A stretch of DNA of 64,000 bases from the human T2T-CHM13v2.0 reference genome, Homo sapiens. The number at the start of each line of letters is the position of its first letter. Positions within the stretch are counted from its first letter, which is position 1. This document shows, piece after piece, positions 13,130-28,731 of the stretch. The position numbers and the translations under genes were made by a program. The stretch lies in NCBI RefSeq assembly GCF_009914755.1, contig NC_060929.1; one strand, written 5' to 3'. The notes under the pieces were generated by a model. The model saw only the letters and a program-made list of their open reading frames with translations, was not told the origin of the DNA and made no database searches.

Positions 13130-14581
13130 CACACAACTCTGCAGAGCTAAATTTGAAGAACATCTATGAGCTATGTAATGATCAAGCATGAACGAAGGTT
13201 AATTTGGCCCACACCAGTCATCACATTCCTGAATCATCAGTTGATTCTATTAGACTATGTTAATTAAAGGTGTTTCTTAGCCTAATTAGATCCATAGACC
13301 TAGTGACAGCATGATCAAGGAGCCCAGTCATTTGGGAGGCCCCATCATTGCTGCCAGCCTGGGAAGAATGTTGCAAGCCTTCCATGGCAGGACAGATCAC
13401 TTGCTCACAGTGAATTTTAGAACTAAGGAAGGCAAATAACAGGGCCTGCAAAAAGGGCATAGACTTTAGGGTAATGGAAACATAGAGGTCAAATACAGCC
13501 TTTCTCTTTCAGCTGACAGTCTTTGAATTAGTTCGCGCCCCATTGTGTATAAGCCTTTTAAACCAAGAGTAGCATCTGATAATATCTTTCTTTAAATCAG
13601 TTTTGGCACTTCCCAGAAGGTTAATTATATTCTACAGGTGCCTTTTAAAGAATGCTATAGCCTTCTGGGGGTGGGAACAGTGGGGGGTCATGTGAGATTC
13701 CATGTGGATAGGTGGGTAATTAGTTCTGACTAGATTGTCTCAGCAGATACAAAACTACTCTAAGTAGTACATCATTTTTCCCCCTTGAGGTATTTTTAAG
13801 ATGAAAATCATATTAACAGATACTAAAGTTCTGTTCTTTGAGTTGTCTCATTTTCCTTTCATGAAAACATACCCAGAAAGCTTTACAGCCACCATAAAGG
13901 CGGGGGGCAGGGGGAAGTATATCAGATGTCTTCCAGTTAAGAAAAATGCAAGAACAGTTCCATCCAATAAACACTGTTCATGTAAGTTATCTCCTCAGAT
14001 GGAAAAGTCAGTTAACTCAGGAAGAAAAAGGTCTAAAGTTATAGTTTCCTAAAAATGTATGAAATTTGTTTTGGTTGTAGGAAACTCATAGAACATAAGA
14101 ATAAATTTGGTAAAGCTCAAAGATGTTCACAGTTGTTTATTGTCCACCTGCTGTGTGTCAGTTTTGTGCAGAGTGCGGTGGACACAAAAAAATCGTGCAG
14201 TGGTCTGTGCCTGGCCTCCTCTTGCATTTCTCATAGATAAAACTACAAGTTCATTCTCATGACAACTGCTGTGGCAACAAAGCAACTATTTAAATTCTCA
14301 TGATACCCCCTTTGACTTAAGAAAAACTCATCCAGCCTTACTTCAGGTGAATCCCAGGAGCTAATCTATGACAGGCAATAGATGCCACCTCTGAAAATTG
14401 GACACAAAGGGCCTGTACCTTTACGGTGTCATCTTGTCATGTCCACTGAAATCTTAAAATGTTAGAAAAAACGAACACTTGGGGTTCAGTGAAAACAGAG
14501 GGATTTCAGAATTACAGCTATGCAGTTAATCCTTAATATATATTAAGCATTAGTACACAGAATAAGAGAAGAGTATAATGA

Positions 14582-14892
14582 GGCTGGGTGCGGTGGCTCA
14601 CGCCTGTAATCCCAGCACTTTGGGAGGCTGAGGCGGATGGATCACAAGGTCAGGAGTTCAAGACCAGCCTGGCCAAGATGGTGAAACCCCATCTCTACTA
14701 AAAATACAAAAAAATTAGCTGGGCGTGGTGGCAGGCGCCTGTAATTCCAGCTACTCAGGAGGCTGAGGCAGGAGAATGGCGTGAACCCGCGAGGCGGAGC
14801 TTGCAGTAAGCCGAGATTGCACCACTGCACTCCAGCCCGGGCGACAGAGCAAGACTCCGTCTCAATAAATAAATGAATAAATAAATAAATAA
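14582..14892 (+). mobile_element. Alu (AluS/Y-like) with (TAAA)n tail
   Basis: Full Alu body with TSD core AGTATAATGA. Confidence 0.95.
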
Positions 14893-15569
14893 GTATAATG
14901 ACCTCTTCATATACCAATCATTGGTGTCAATAATTGTCAACATTGTCCTAATCTTGTTTTATCTGTTAACCGTCACAGCTACCAGCACAGACACGCGTGC
15001 ACACACACACACACACACACCCTTTCAACATGTTTTAAAGCATGGGAATTGCAAATATAAGTCATCCTTGTAACCAAATTGCTGTAGTTTGTTGGGAAAA
15101 TGAATTCTTTAACCCCCATGTAGTTTATCTCCTTGAGTGTTATACGAAGATGTGAGAATAATATATAATACACAGTCATGAGATAGACAAAGTACTAAAC
15201 AAAAACTTAATCAGATGAACCTGATAAGGTTCCTTTGTACTTTAGGGAAAGTAAAATACTAAATTCTTCTGTTCTAATGTTTACAGCCTTAGAAAATGAA
15301 ACCCTCAAACCTTAATTCACTGGCTTCTAATTCACCACAGTCAGATTGCCAGGGAAAAAGAAGGGAGTGAAATAATTTTAATTGTGTTCTTAAAATGAAC
15401 AAGGCAATGAACCAGGTGCCTCACTAATGTCAACTCTTTTCATAAATTTGCCAGCCCCTGGGATAGATACCATTAGCCCTATTTTACAAAAAGAAACTGA
15501 AAAATTAAATTATCTGCCCAAGGTCACGGTCATATAGCCTTACAAATCTAGGCTGTTTCTGCCCTATCA

Positions 15570-15990
15570 GAGTTTATTGCAGTCAACTAACAGACAGAAA
15601 TGACTCTGAGTATTTAAAACAAAGGGAGTGTAACATAGGGAATTGGTTACCCAGGTAAAAAAAAAAAAGGCTGGGAAGCCGTCAGGGGAGGGTGAGGCAA
15701 CCCAGAGATTAGAAATTGCAGGAAGCTGCTACCATCCCTAGTCTAGAGGGACACAGGGAGGACAAGGGTCACCTTGCAGAAGCTGGAACCACAGCCAACC
15801 CATCCTGCAGGAGGTGCTACTGGAGGAGGGGGTGGGGCAAAGGGAATACCACCCACCCACCACCTCTAGTCTCCTGGCAGCGCCTGCTGTTGGCTAAACC
15901 CAACTTGAGGCCATCCATCAAGAGAATTGCAGCCAGCAAAGTTCCACTACAATTTGAACACAGCAGAAGTGGAACAAGGAATCCACCTGA
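15570..15990 (-). mobile_element. Probable old ERVL/MaLR LTR relic
   Basis: 'tatttaaaacaaagggagtgtaacatagggaattggttac' and 'ttggctaaacccaact' resemble reverse-strand ERVL-class LTRs. Family uncertain. Confidence 0.4.
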
Positions 15991-16692
15991 AGGCAGACAG
16001 TTCTAGGATCTGCACCCAGGGAGACTGTTCTGAAGCAAAACCAGCTTTACAGAAGCTTTGGTCCATCTGCTTGTTTGCTGAATAATTTTGCTTTAGCAAG
16101 TAGAATACATATACAAATATATTTTAAGGCATTTTTGTGGGAAATACCAATTTGCACATTGTCTCTTAATTTTTCAAGCTACCTTCTTGGCCTCTTTCTC
16201 TTTTGTCTAGTTTACTGATCTGAAAAGAGCAAAATTACTTCTCAGGGAATGTTTATAGGTTTGTGGGAACATGGTCATTCAATCAAGAATTCTTTGTTAT
16301 GGTCCTACCACACATCTAGGAAAAAAAGGATATAACTTACCCTGTGATTAGGAAGGCAAGATGTAAGTTTATAAAGTAATCAGTAAGCAAGAGAGTGTAC
16401 AATAAAGTGCTAATTTGTTTGATTTACTGAGAAAATAGAGATTAATGTGCAAATATGAAAATATGATACTCCATTAATAGGGCAAAGCTCAGAATTTGAC
16501 AGGAAACACTGGTGTAGACATAGGGCACTGTGCTGCTTCACTGACCAATCAGAGTTTACCCAGGAGGAGCCCAGAGCCACCCCAGTCTGCCTGACCCTGG
16601 GAACCTCCCCATGGGTGCCGACTCAGTGGGATGGTTTGAGGAGCGGAAACTTCCGCTTCCTATCATGGTGCCCATAAATCTTCCCCCAAAAC

Positions 16693-16866
16693 CAGTGGTT
16701 CTCAATCCTGGCTGTATATTGGAATCATCTGGGGAACTTTAGAAAAATTTATCCATGGCAAGGCCCCATTCTATTCAAACTAAATCTAAATCCCTGTGCC
16801 CTGACACAAATGTTTCTAAAAGCTTCCCAGGTGCTTGTGACAGGCACTGAAGGATGGGACCCACTG
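16693..16866. mobile_element. MER5A-like hAT-Charlie MITE
   Basis: Termini 'cagtggttctcaa'...'gacccactg' and internal 'gaatcatctgggga'. Confidence 0.75.
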
Positions 16867-17345
16867 CTAACCTGAAGTCTTTGTGATCCTCAGGAGCCCC
16901 TGGTAGAAGCCTTTCTCAGTGTGTGTGATGGTAGAGAGCTGAGTTCCATGAGCTCGGAGAGTCCAGAGGGTATCAAGATAACCTTTTATTGCTCCATGAT
17001 TTTTCCACAGCTGTCCCTGGACATGCAAATACTATCTCGATGAAATTGTCGCCACATTGAAGAAGGAAAATGTTTAAGTTTTCAAATAAATCACCCACCA
17101 AGACATATGATACAATATGTTTTAGTATAGTCACAGGGTGGTCACAACCATCAGCACAATTTTACTTTAGAATGTTTTCCTTTCCTCCTAAAAGAAGCCT
17201 CATACTTTAAAAAATAATAATAATAAAGCAAAGGCATTTCAGAAGCACACTAGCATTTCATACTCTTTTCACAGCTGGACTTAATGCTGGCAAGGGCTGC
17301 TTTTCTGTCTTCTTGCTTCTTTTATATGTGAAGAAGTTTCTTTGA

Positions 17346-17642
<297 letters not shown>

Positions 17643-18889
17643 TAGTTTCTTTGATTTTTATCTTGTTTTGTGTGACATGTTCCCTTGGCTGTCTATGTAT
17701 CTGTGTGTATCTGGGTAACAACAGGGCAGGTGCCCAAATGTGGCAGAGTTGAACCTTGCCCTGGCAGAAGCCCTTAGCTGGGTGAGAGCTCAGGCTCTGA
17801 GCCTTATTGCACTTAGCTCTTATTGATTTTTTTCAGATTTATGGGTTTGCTATGGCAGATTTTAAACGTATAGAGGCTGTCACCTAGAATGAGGACAAAC
17901 GACAGTTGTAGTTGCCAACTATGTGATAAAGGGGGTGAAAACAGTTTGGAAAATTATTCCTTCTTGAGTTAAGATAGCAAAGCCCTTGATCTGATTTTTT
18001 TCTCTGGCTCTGAGCTTCTGGAGCACATACCACCTTCATCTTAGCCCCCATCTAGTCTCCTGTCTTCTATGGCCTTGTCCTTCCAGTGAAATTCTTTACT
18101 ATGGCATCCTGTCCTGCTCTTCCTGTCTTTGGCCTCCTCTCTAGCTGCCAATACAGGACAGTATTGTGTGTTCAGTTCATTTATAAAACAAGTTTTAGAA
18201 TAGGAAGTTTTCATGTTTTGTTATTTTTCGTGCCTTTTGTTTTGTTCTCATTTCAGATCACCCGCATGCTCTAAAGACTTTCTTGATGAAAATCCTAAGA
18301 TCCTAGTTAGCTTTTAACTAGATCCAAAGTAGCCTAGTCTTTGGCCCATGTAATCCTGAGTGGTATCACCATGGAGAACATCGCTGTTCAGATCTTCAGT
18401 TGCTTTATTCATGAACCAAGGCGACAGTGGGTACTCCCTAGAGCTGCTATGGGGAGCAAAGAAGACCACATAGGAGATGCCTGGCACTGGGCCTAGCACA
18501 GAGCAGATGCTTAGGAGGTGTTAATTTCTTTTCTGTAATTAGTTTTGTGGTTCAGTTCTCTTTCCCCAGCTGTCAATCCTTCCCTGTTCCCTGCTCATCT
18601 CACTCTCCTCAACCCAGCAGTTACACGTAGTAGTGGTCAGCAGAGTTTTCTCTCTTCGCTCTTTAGAAAGACGCCTGCAGATTCCTGAGCTGGATCGAAT
18701 TTGACATATGTCATTCCCAAGTATTTCATTCCATCCTCTCAGTTATGTGAAAAGTACTCAATTATTTCATGAATCTCTCTCAGTGAAAAGATACAATTGA
18801 CTTTACATCATTAACAGACTGCTGAATATTGAATAATTTTCAATAAATGATCAGGGCAATGGTTAATTGATAAAGTTGTTATTTACTGG

Positions 18890-19255
18890 AAATACCTGTT
18901 AATTGTCTTAGGGTGATAATAGTATTGGGTATATAGCAATACCATTTGGGAAAATGTTCTCAAATTTAAGGAGATGCATGGTGAAAAGTTTAGGGTTAAA
19001 ATTTCAGGATGTCTGTGATTTACTTTCCATTACAGGTATATAAAGACATGTAGTGCCCTCTTGTTCTCTCTCTCTGTCTCTCTCTCTCTCTCTCTTTCTG
19101 TGTCTGTATGTATGCCTGTGTGTGTGTATGCAAATAGGGCAAAATATGGCAACAATGTTAATAGTTGTTGAAATCTGAGCGGGGGGAATATGGGCATTCA
19201 TTGTATTATTCTTTCAACTTTTCTGTCCGTTGGAAATTTTTCATAATAAAAAGCT
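18890..19255 (+). mobile_element. Old L1 (L1M-type) 3' end fragment with internal (TC)n/(TG)n
   Basis: 'atatggcaacaatgttaatagttgttgaa...cattgtattattctttcaacttttctg...tttcataataaaaag' is typical of old L1M 3' UTRs. Confidence 0.65.
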
Positions 19256-19274
19256 GGGCTTAAAATAGGAACTG

Positions 19275-19604
<330 letters not shown>

Positions 19605-20127
19605 CTAAAAAAGTTGGCCTTTTATTATAAGTGATTTTTATTTATGTCATTATACTTTTGTGTATTTTAAAATGGCTTTCTATTGTGAGCAACTTTTTCT
19701 TTTGAAGTCAGAAAATAACAATGCTTATAGTACATAATTTTAAAGTTGTTATTTTAAGTTGTTATTTTAAGGGAGAAAAGGCTGTACATGCATTTACTGT
19801 GGGGTAATAAATTATGATATGTATTTGCCACATGAGCAGAAAGCAGAGTGAGACTCTGTGGAGAGCATGGAACCTTGTACCAGACAAGAACAAGTCACCT
19901 TTTAAAGTTTCTCTTTTGTGAAATGGAATAATTACACCTCCTGACAAGTAAATGAGGCACTCAAAATAGTAAACACCCAATAAAACAGTGGCTATTATTA
20001 TTACTTATGTAATCTGAAAAAATATGAATTACAGATTATGGATGTGATATCATGGTTCTAAAATTACCAGTTCTGGAAGGAGACAGATTTGGTCATCTCT
20101 GTCTTTCTAGAATGATTTTTTTAGAGA

Positions 20128-20523
20128 TGTTTAAAGAAAAATTTTAGACAAATTTAACAGAGCTTATTTGAGCAAAGGATGATTTATGAATTGGGCAGTA
20201 CTGAAAATCAAAAGTGGTTCAGAGAGCTCAGTACACTCCAGCAGCATGAGCAGCAAGCTTTTATAGCTGAATGTGGAAGCAAAGTGAAGAAATTACTTGA
20301 TTGGCTACAACTAGGCATTTGCCTTATTTAGGTATGGTCTGATGAGAGGTTTGTAGTTATATAACCAATAAGCTGGTTGGCTGGTTATGATTGGCTGAGG
20401 CAATTTTTGTTTTGTTTTAAGTCATTTACAAGAAATGCCTTCAAGTTAAATTTCAGTGTGCTTAGTAAGGTATCCGAGGACAGAGACCACCTCATGCTAA
20501 TGGCCCCCTTATTTACTTTAACA
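20128..20523 (-). mobile_element. Solo LTR, ERV1 class (MER67-like; subfamily uncertain)
   Basis: TG...CA termini, 4-bp TSD GAGA (20124-20127 and 20524-20527) as expected for ERV1, several CCAAT boxes and a minus-strand TATA-like 'ttttata'. Confidence 0.8.
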
Positions 20524-21564
20524 GAGATAAGTAATATTTTCCCCTCAAGTCTGGCTTTTAGAAATCTTTTGCTCATCAATTATTCTAATATTTATCAATT
20601 GCCATATAGCCTTGATATATAAGTGGACTTTAAAATGGTTCATTTTTAAAAGATTCATTTAATTATTCAATAGATTGCCCTCAACTATGTACAAACAAAC
20701 CCTTGACTAGGATGTATAGGTAAAAGAAGACCTGTAGAGGGTTTCACCAAGCTATTGCACCCTGGCTGCTTTTCAGTGGATGCCAATCACTAATCCATGA
20801 GAGTGTTTCTTCTGGGTAAGAATTGTAGAGTCACGAACATGCCTTTTGGCTAGTTGTTCATACAAAACACTATCGAGAAAGGATTTCAGCCACAGGTTTG
20901 GTATTCCTTGGCCATTTTTAGTAGCATATCTGTTGATATGATTAAAGAAAATATTATCTAATTCCATTTAGTGTGTTCTAGTGGCAAACAACAGATTTTA
21001 GTCTGCTTTGTGACCTTTTCCCATTTACTAGTTATGTTTCCTTGTAAACACCATCAAATCACTATTATTCTTAGTTTTCTCATTTATAAAACAACATGAG
21101 CTTCTTTTTTGTATCAAGACTGTATGGAAGTGCCTTGTATATAATAATAACATAAATTATTATTATTACTATTATTATTATCATTCTTCTTAATTCAGAT
21201 AATTTCACTGACCTATATATCTAGGTTATGATTCTGCTTTAGGGAACATAATAGCATTTTATATTTTGATTCAATTGAGGATGATTAGGACTGAATCCAA
21301 TGATGAGCTTTTATTTTTTCATATTTGGCTCCCTTTTCCCACTTTTTTGAACATCCACAGTGTGACAGAAATGGAATAATTCTTTGTGCCCCCTATTCAG
21401 GAACATACAACTATTTTTTCATTTCTCAAAACATTTCAGTAAAGTTATGGCTTATTTTATCTTATCGCCAAAACAAATGAATATGTAAGCTACTTGAAGC
21501 TTTTATACCCCACGTAAAAATATTTGCATTAGGGACAGTTTGATCACTGGGTATAAAGACAGTT

Positions 21565-21810
21565 ATGAGGAATAAGATCTGTTGTTCTATTGCACAGTAG
21601 GGTGACTACAGTTAACAGTAATGTATTATATACTTCAAAATAACTAGAAAACAGGATTTTGAATGTCCTCACCACAAGAAATGATGAATGTTTGAGGCGA
21701 CAGATTTAGTAATTAACCTGATTTGATCATTACCCAATGTATATTCAAAACATCACCTTGTACCCCATAAAGATGTATGATTGTTATGTGTTAATTAAAA
21801 ATAAAATAAC
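21565..21810 (+). mobile_element. L1MA-type 3' end fragment
   Basis: 'gcacagtagggtgactacagttaac...ctcaccacaagaaatgat...cctgatttgatcattac...tgtaccccataaa...aattaaaaataaaataa'. Confidence 0.8.
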
Positions 21811-22385
21811 ACTTTTAAAAATTGTATTTATCCTCGGTGTCCTAGTAAGAAAAATAATTCTCTTTATAGACATAATGAAATCTTAAGGCCATAACACATA
21901 GAAGAAGTTGCAGGTATGGTCTTTGTCCTTCAGGTTTTATCTTTCTGCATTGGTGGATACGCGGAAGAACTCTAGGGAATTCCCTTGGAGGACAATTGAG
22001 TCCATGCTGAACTGAGCCTTAAGTATGGCTTCAGATGAAACATGGTTCTTATCTCATCTCCTTGATGAATGAGATGTCTACCGTGCTGAAAACTTGAGCT
22101 TAAAATTCGTGAGGCATTTTGCAGGAGACAAGATGCCGCCTTGGCATCACCATCAGCTCTGCATCTAGTTAATTACAGACTGACCTTCTAGATTCCAAAT
22201 GAATGTGTGTAGCATCCCTTGATTTTTGAGAGCCACCTATGTTGGTGTGAATTACCAGCATTCTCAGGAGGAAGATTAAAGTGGTCGTTTTTTAAAAAAG
22301 GGTATGCATTTAGCCTTTGGGGATTAAAGTTACTGTCATCTGTGTCATCTTCCTTTATTAAGCATTATTTTTTACTTTTTTATAG

Positions 22386-22448
22386 CATGTCAGTGAAAAA
22401 ACCAGTGAATCGCCTTCCAAACCAGGAGAAAAGAAAGGATCAGATGAG
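22386..22448 (+). CDS. CAST: Calpastatin exon 1y: HVSEKTSESPSKPGEKKGSDE
   Basis: Polypyrimidine tract plus TAG| acceptor at 22385, 63 nt, donor GAG|GTAATT, phase 0-0, in frame with exons 1xa and 1xb. Confidence 0.95.
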
Positions 22449-23620
22449 GTAATTTCCACAATACTGGGCTTTCATTTTCTCTTGCTTTTAAACTGTGAAG
22501 TTTGCCTTGAAATATTAAATAACGATGTAGCAAAGAGCTTCTACCTTGCTTAATATTGGGAAATTTTGATTTAACCAAGATTTGGTTCAAGAATATAAAA
22601 GGAAATCACTAAAAATAAATAAAAAAAATTGTTCCTGGGAATAGAGCCTGTATGAATACTTTCCCTTTAGTAATAGAACTTTGTTGCTTAGGGTGTTTTC
22701 CCTATAGGAACTGGTGAATCCAAATTGTTTTGTTGGCGAATATGTCAAGTGTAGAAGGGAAAACAGTTGCTGTAGTAAAAAGGAAAATCTTTTTTTATGA
22801 CAATAAACCATGAAAGGAGGACAGGGACAGCCAGATTAACCAGTCCTTCAGATTCATAAACAAAAGGAAGAGATAACTATTTTTATTGGCACAGATTCTG
22901 TGGAAAACTAGTAAAACCAAATCTCCCCACTTTGAGATGGGTTTTCTTTGAGGCTGTTTCTTCTTTTACTGAATGACATACCATTCTTTGCACTGTTTAG
23001 AATGACCTACTTCTCTATGGAAGGGTCATGTGAAAGTTCTGCCCTTCCAAAGGATACAGGATTTGCCTTCCTTTACCTGCTTTTTGTGTGTTAAATCTCA
23101 ATATAACTGGATGATACATCCATCTTCATCCAGTAGAAATTGAGTCATTTCTAACTTGTAAACATCATATAGCCAGATTTTAAAAGGTACATGGAAATTT
23201 GGAAAGCATCAAGTGATCATTTTATTTTTCTCTATATTATCAACATTAATCAGGTGTTTTTCTGAAATTTAGTTCTTCTTTCTGCTTATTTTCTGCAGTT
23301 TCAAAATAGTCAATATGTAAGGAGGCTGTTACGGCTAGAACCTGCTATGCATTCTGTACTAAAGTTTATGCCTCCATTTTCTACCATTGTTTTCATCACC
23401 AGTACCCATGAAAATAATTTAGATTGTTTCTTACCAAGCAAGTTTTTAGTGAATTTTTTATAGCCATGAAAGGCAAATGTTTCTTTAAAAATACAAAGTA
23501 GAAGTAAACATATTAAGATTTCATCCTGTTTCCTGATTAAATTAATAAAAGATAAATTTCCATTAAAAAAAAAAAACACAAATTTTTCTTTTTCCCAACA
23601 TGAAAGTCTACCTAGTGTCA

Positions 23621-23929
<309 letters not shown>

Positions 23930-24606
23930 TTAACTCATTTATCAACCCTACCCTTTAAATATATTTCCAGATAAGTTATTTATCAAATTAATATTGAGCA
24001 AATATTGAACACTTCCTGATTGAAAACCATTGTGTTCTTTTATTCTCCAGACCAGTAAACAATGTTTTTGGTTGTTATTCTCTATTAATGTTAATTAAGG
24101 TTATTTGCCTAAAAAGGAAGTTTTCTTTTCCAATATGGTCAAGTGGATGCAAAGCCAATACTAATATGGTCATTCTGGCCAATTATAACTGGGAAACTTA
24201 AATATTACACCTTGGATGTACAGGATGTACAGGCATTATTGGTATGTAACAACTGACGGTAGATAGTTAAGTATATAATGTCTGGATTATAATGTCTCTC
24301 ATCTCCATATTTATAAAAGGTTTAGAAAGGAAAACACTGTTAAGAAGCCATGTTATAAGAGGCAGACTTTGATTTAAAAAATTGAAAGGCTGAACTTCTG
24401 GTTTAAAGAAGGAACAGCGAATTTTTCTTTTCTTTATTGGCATAGCAATTCTGACATTGTTTTATTACGTTTCTGGTAAATTCACATTCATGACCCCTGC
24501 CCTTGTGCCAGAGCCTGGACATACCAGTCTTTCAGCTTCTGTCCCAACCAGCAGAAGTAAAGAGGGGATAGAGACTTTGCTCTGTCCCCATGGCTTAAAT
24601 CATGGC

Positions 24607-24698
24607 TTTAGACAAAATAAACATAACAGAATTTGTTTGGGCAAAGAATGATTTGTGAATTGGGCAGCATTCAAAACTGGAAGAGGTTTCTAGAGCTC
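24607..24698 (-). mobile_element. Short ERV1 LTR fragment related to the LTR at 20128-20523
   Basis: 'tttagacaaa...taacagaatttgtttgggcaaagaatgatttgtgaattgggcagca' aligns by eye with 20144-20230. Confidence 0.65.
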
Positions 24699-25409
24699 TT
24701 CTCTCTCCTTAAATTCTGCCTGTATGTATTTGTTAAGGTGGCCAAGCATGGGGGTGGGTGACTTGGTAGTCAGGGTATATTTCCAAAATGGTCTGTCTCA
24801 AAGGGCCTCATTCTTTATGTTATGTGCAAATAAGTCATTAATGAGATATTGTGTCCTGGAGACAGTTCAAGGAAACTGTCCCACTTTAGGCATTATGTTA
24901 GCCTTGATGTTCATGATTATAAAACCATGAGCAATCTGAATTTGTTATCTGCCCTGCCTACCATCCATAGTTTGTTGCCATCTCCTTTTCTTCTCAAAAT
25001 TACCAGAGAAAGACTTCCTGAAACTGATTATTTCTCCCAAATATTTTCTTACCTACTGCTCTGTTGAACAAAACGTGAGACTAAGAAGCTTAGTTTGGTT
25101 TTTAGTAATCCATTTTCAAACTGGCATGTACCCTCCAATGTTAAATAACTTACTGTCCCCAAGCATATGCAAATATACTGGTTAGCCCTCTGAGGACAAA
25201 CCAGGGTCTTTGAAACAAAATCAGTTTGAAAATTTGCTTTCTATCTTCTTCACAGTTTTTCTTCTCTTTTTATTATTCTGCTACATTTCTATTAGAGATG
25301 CCAGAAAAGGGCACAGAGGAGGACTTTGGGAGGGTATAACCAGAAGAAAAAATTGATGAGGGTTAGGTGAGAACCACCGTTATATTGCCATATATAAAAA
25401 TACATGGAG

Positions 25410-25767
<358 letters not shown>

Positions 25768-25847
25768 CTATTTGTCAATAGTTTTTACTTTTTTGGAATA
25801 TTACCCCAACACACAACCATTAAGTAATCCTAAGATACCTGCAGCAA

Positions 25848-26004
25848 TTTTATTTTTATTTTTTGAGATGAGGTCTTACTCTGTCACCCAGGCTGGAGTG
25901 CAGTAGTGTGATCATGGCTCACCGCAGCTTTGACCTCCCCCGCTCAAGTAATCTTCCCACCTCCCAAAGTGCCAGGATTACAAGTGTGAGCCACCACGCC
26001 CAGC
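25848..26004 (-). mobile_element. Alu monomer (FRAM/FAM-like or internally deleted AluJ)
   Basis: About 155 bp of reverse Alu-derived sequence with degenerate TSD tacct..agcaatt. Confidence 0.8.
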
Positions 26005-26915
26005 TACCTATAGCAATTGTAATAGAATGTTGAAGCTAATACATTTGTCATGCTGCGTTTGAAATACAAATACTTGAGGATAGGGTAAGGTAAGTGTCTG
26101 AGAGAATTTATTTATGTTTGCTTGTTTATACCAATTGTTATGAATTTTTCAATTCTTTCTCAGATGTAGAGGAATTACAGGACCAAAAGTTGCATGGACC
26201 AACAAGCCAAAGATAAAATAACTAGAGAGGAGGAAAAAGAAAAATGAAAACACTTAACATCAGCAACTTTAAATGCAGTAGAACAAATAAGTCTTTCCAA
26301 ACCTGCAATCAAATCTATTTAAAGGATGAAACTGACACATCCGGCCACACTGAGAGAGTGTGAATCTTTTAGCAACATATTTCAGTAAAGTCCTGGGGAA
26401 TGGAATTTAAAGTATAAAACGGGCATGATCTCAGAGAGCCAATTTTAAAAGCTTCAAATTTAACAATGGATTTATTTTTATGAGTAAAGAAAACACAAAT
26501 AAAAGCGAACGGAAATTCTGCCTTAAAGGAAAAGATGTTTTTTTACATTTTCCTTACTCTAATGGCATTGGTGGCATGCTTTTCCTCAGTGTTTACCTCT
26601 CCTCCTTTTAGAATGCATGAATTCAATGTTGAATGACTCAAACATTTTTTTTTTACTTTTTTCTTTTAATAAAGTTAGACTTTTTTAATCACAAAAGTAA
26701 TACATACTTGTGAAAAACAATATTACCCTGAGTCTTACCGCTTAAACTACTGCTCTAAACTTGTGTGTATATTCTTAAATTAACGCGATAATGTCATGTA
26801 TTTATAATTATTATATATGCCAATTTTAGTACTTTTTAATGATTGTGTAGCTAAAATATAATTATTGGAAAAAAATTAGAAAGTACCAGAGAATTTAATG
26901 AAAATAAACACCCTT

Positions 26916-27260
<345 letters not shown>

Positions 27261-28296
27261 TCATCTAGGATTCTAGCACCTAGAGAAATGGGCACTATGT
27301 ACATCTTGGTGTATTTTCCTGCATCTTTTTTCTTTGTTTGCTTATTTTGTTTACTGAAATGCTGCATATCTTGATTTTTAAGCAGAAATAGCAAAGGAAC
27401 ACCATTATAGGGCCTAGTCTGAAAATGATAAATAATGTGCTTTGTGATAGATAAATCTTTTCCAATTAAAAAAAGACCCATCAGTGTGTGTGGCATTTAA
27501 GTATATAGAAAACCATTATTCAAGCACCTTGGCATTCAGTATGGCATTTAATGTTCATTATTTTGTGCTCTGTTTTTGAAGGGAGGAGAAATTTACTTCT
27601 TATTCAAGAAGTAATTTGTGACAGTGTTCCCACAAGTGATTTAGCTGTCATTAGCAAGTTCTAGAAGAGTACTGCAGCAAACATTTTAACATTCTTTTAT
27701 GTCATGACAAGAGAGTTCATACTAGTTGTGGGGAGTCGATTGTGGCTGCACAAGCTCATGTCTCAGTGCCAAGAAAAGCTAAGCCGAAAAGCTGCACCGA
27801 GGCAGTCATGCCTGGCTCACCGGGATATCTAGCCCCAAGAGGCCAGCACAGGCTCGCACTGGGTGCGACTTGGGAGCTGAGTCTGACTTGGGAGGCTAAA
27901 GTGACTCTGGGAAGTTACAAGATTCTTTTCAACTGTGGTTTCCCCATTTTTTCATTTGAAATTTTCATTTATTGTTTCATTGACCAGAGTATTTTCTAAG
28001 ATATTTTTTTCAGGGAGGGAGCACAATGATGATTTTCTGAGTGTGTGAATGTAAGCATGTTTTCTCGTTGGTGACTCACAAGAAAGTCCATCAATACAAA
28101 ATTGTACAACATCCTTGGGTCACAGTTTTGTTCCTCAAAATTCTGTATCTATTGCTTCGTGGTTTTCTGGCTTTTTGTGCTTCAGAGATGTCTGAGGCAG
28201 CCTACTTTTGACTTACTTTTTAGGAAGCCTATTTTTCTTGCCTTGGTGCAAGATTTTTTTCTTTTGTTCTTACAATTTAAAAATACTACCAGGATG

Positions 28297-28678
<382 letters not shown>

Positions 28679-28731
28679 TTAATTATTACTCTTGTTTCGG
28701 TTTCCCTTGTTTCTTCCTAAACCTACATATG

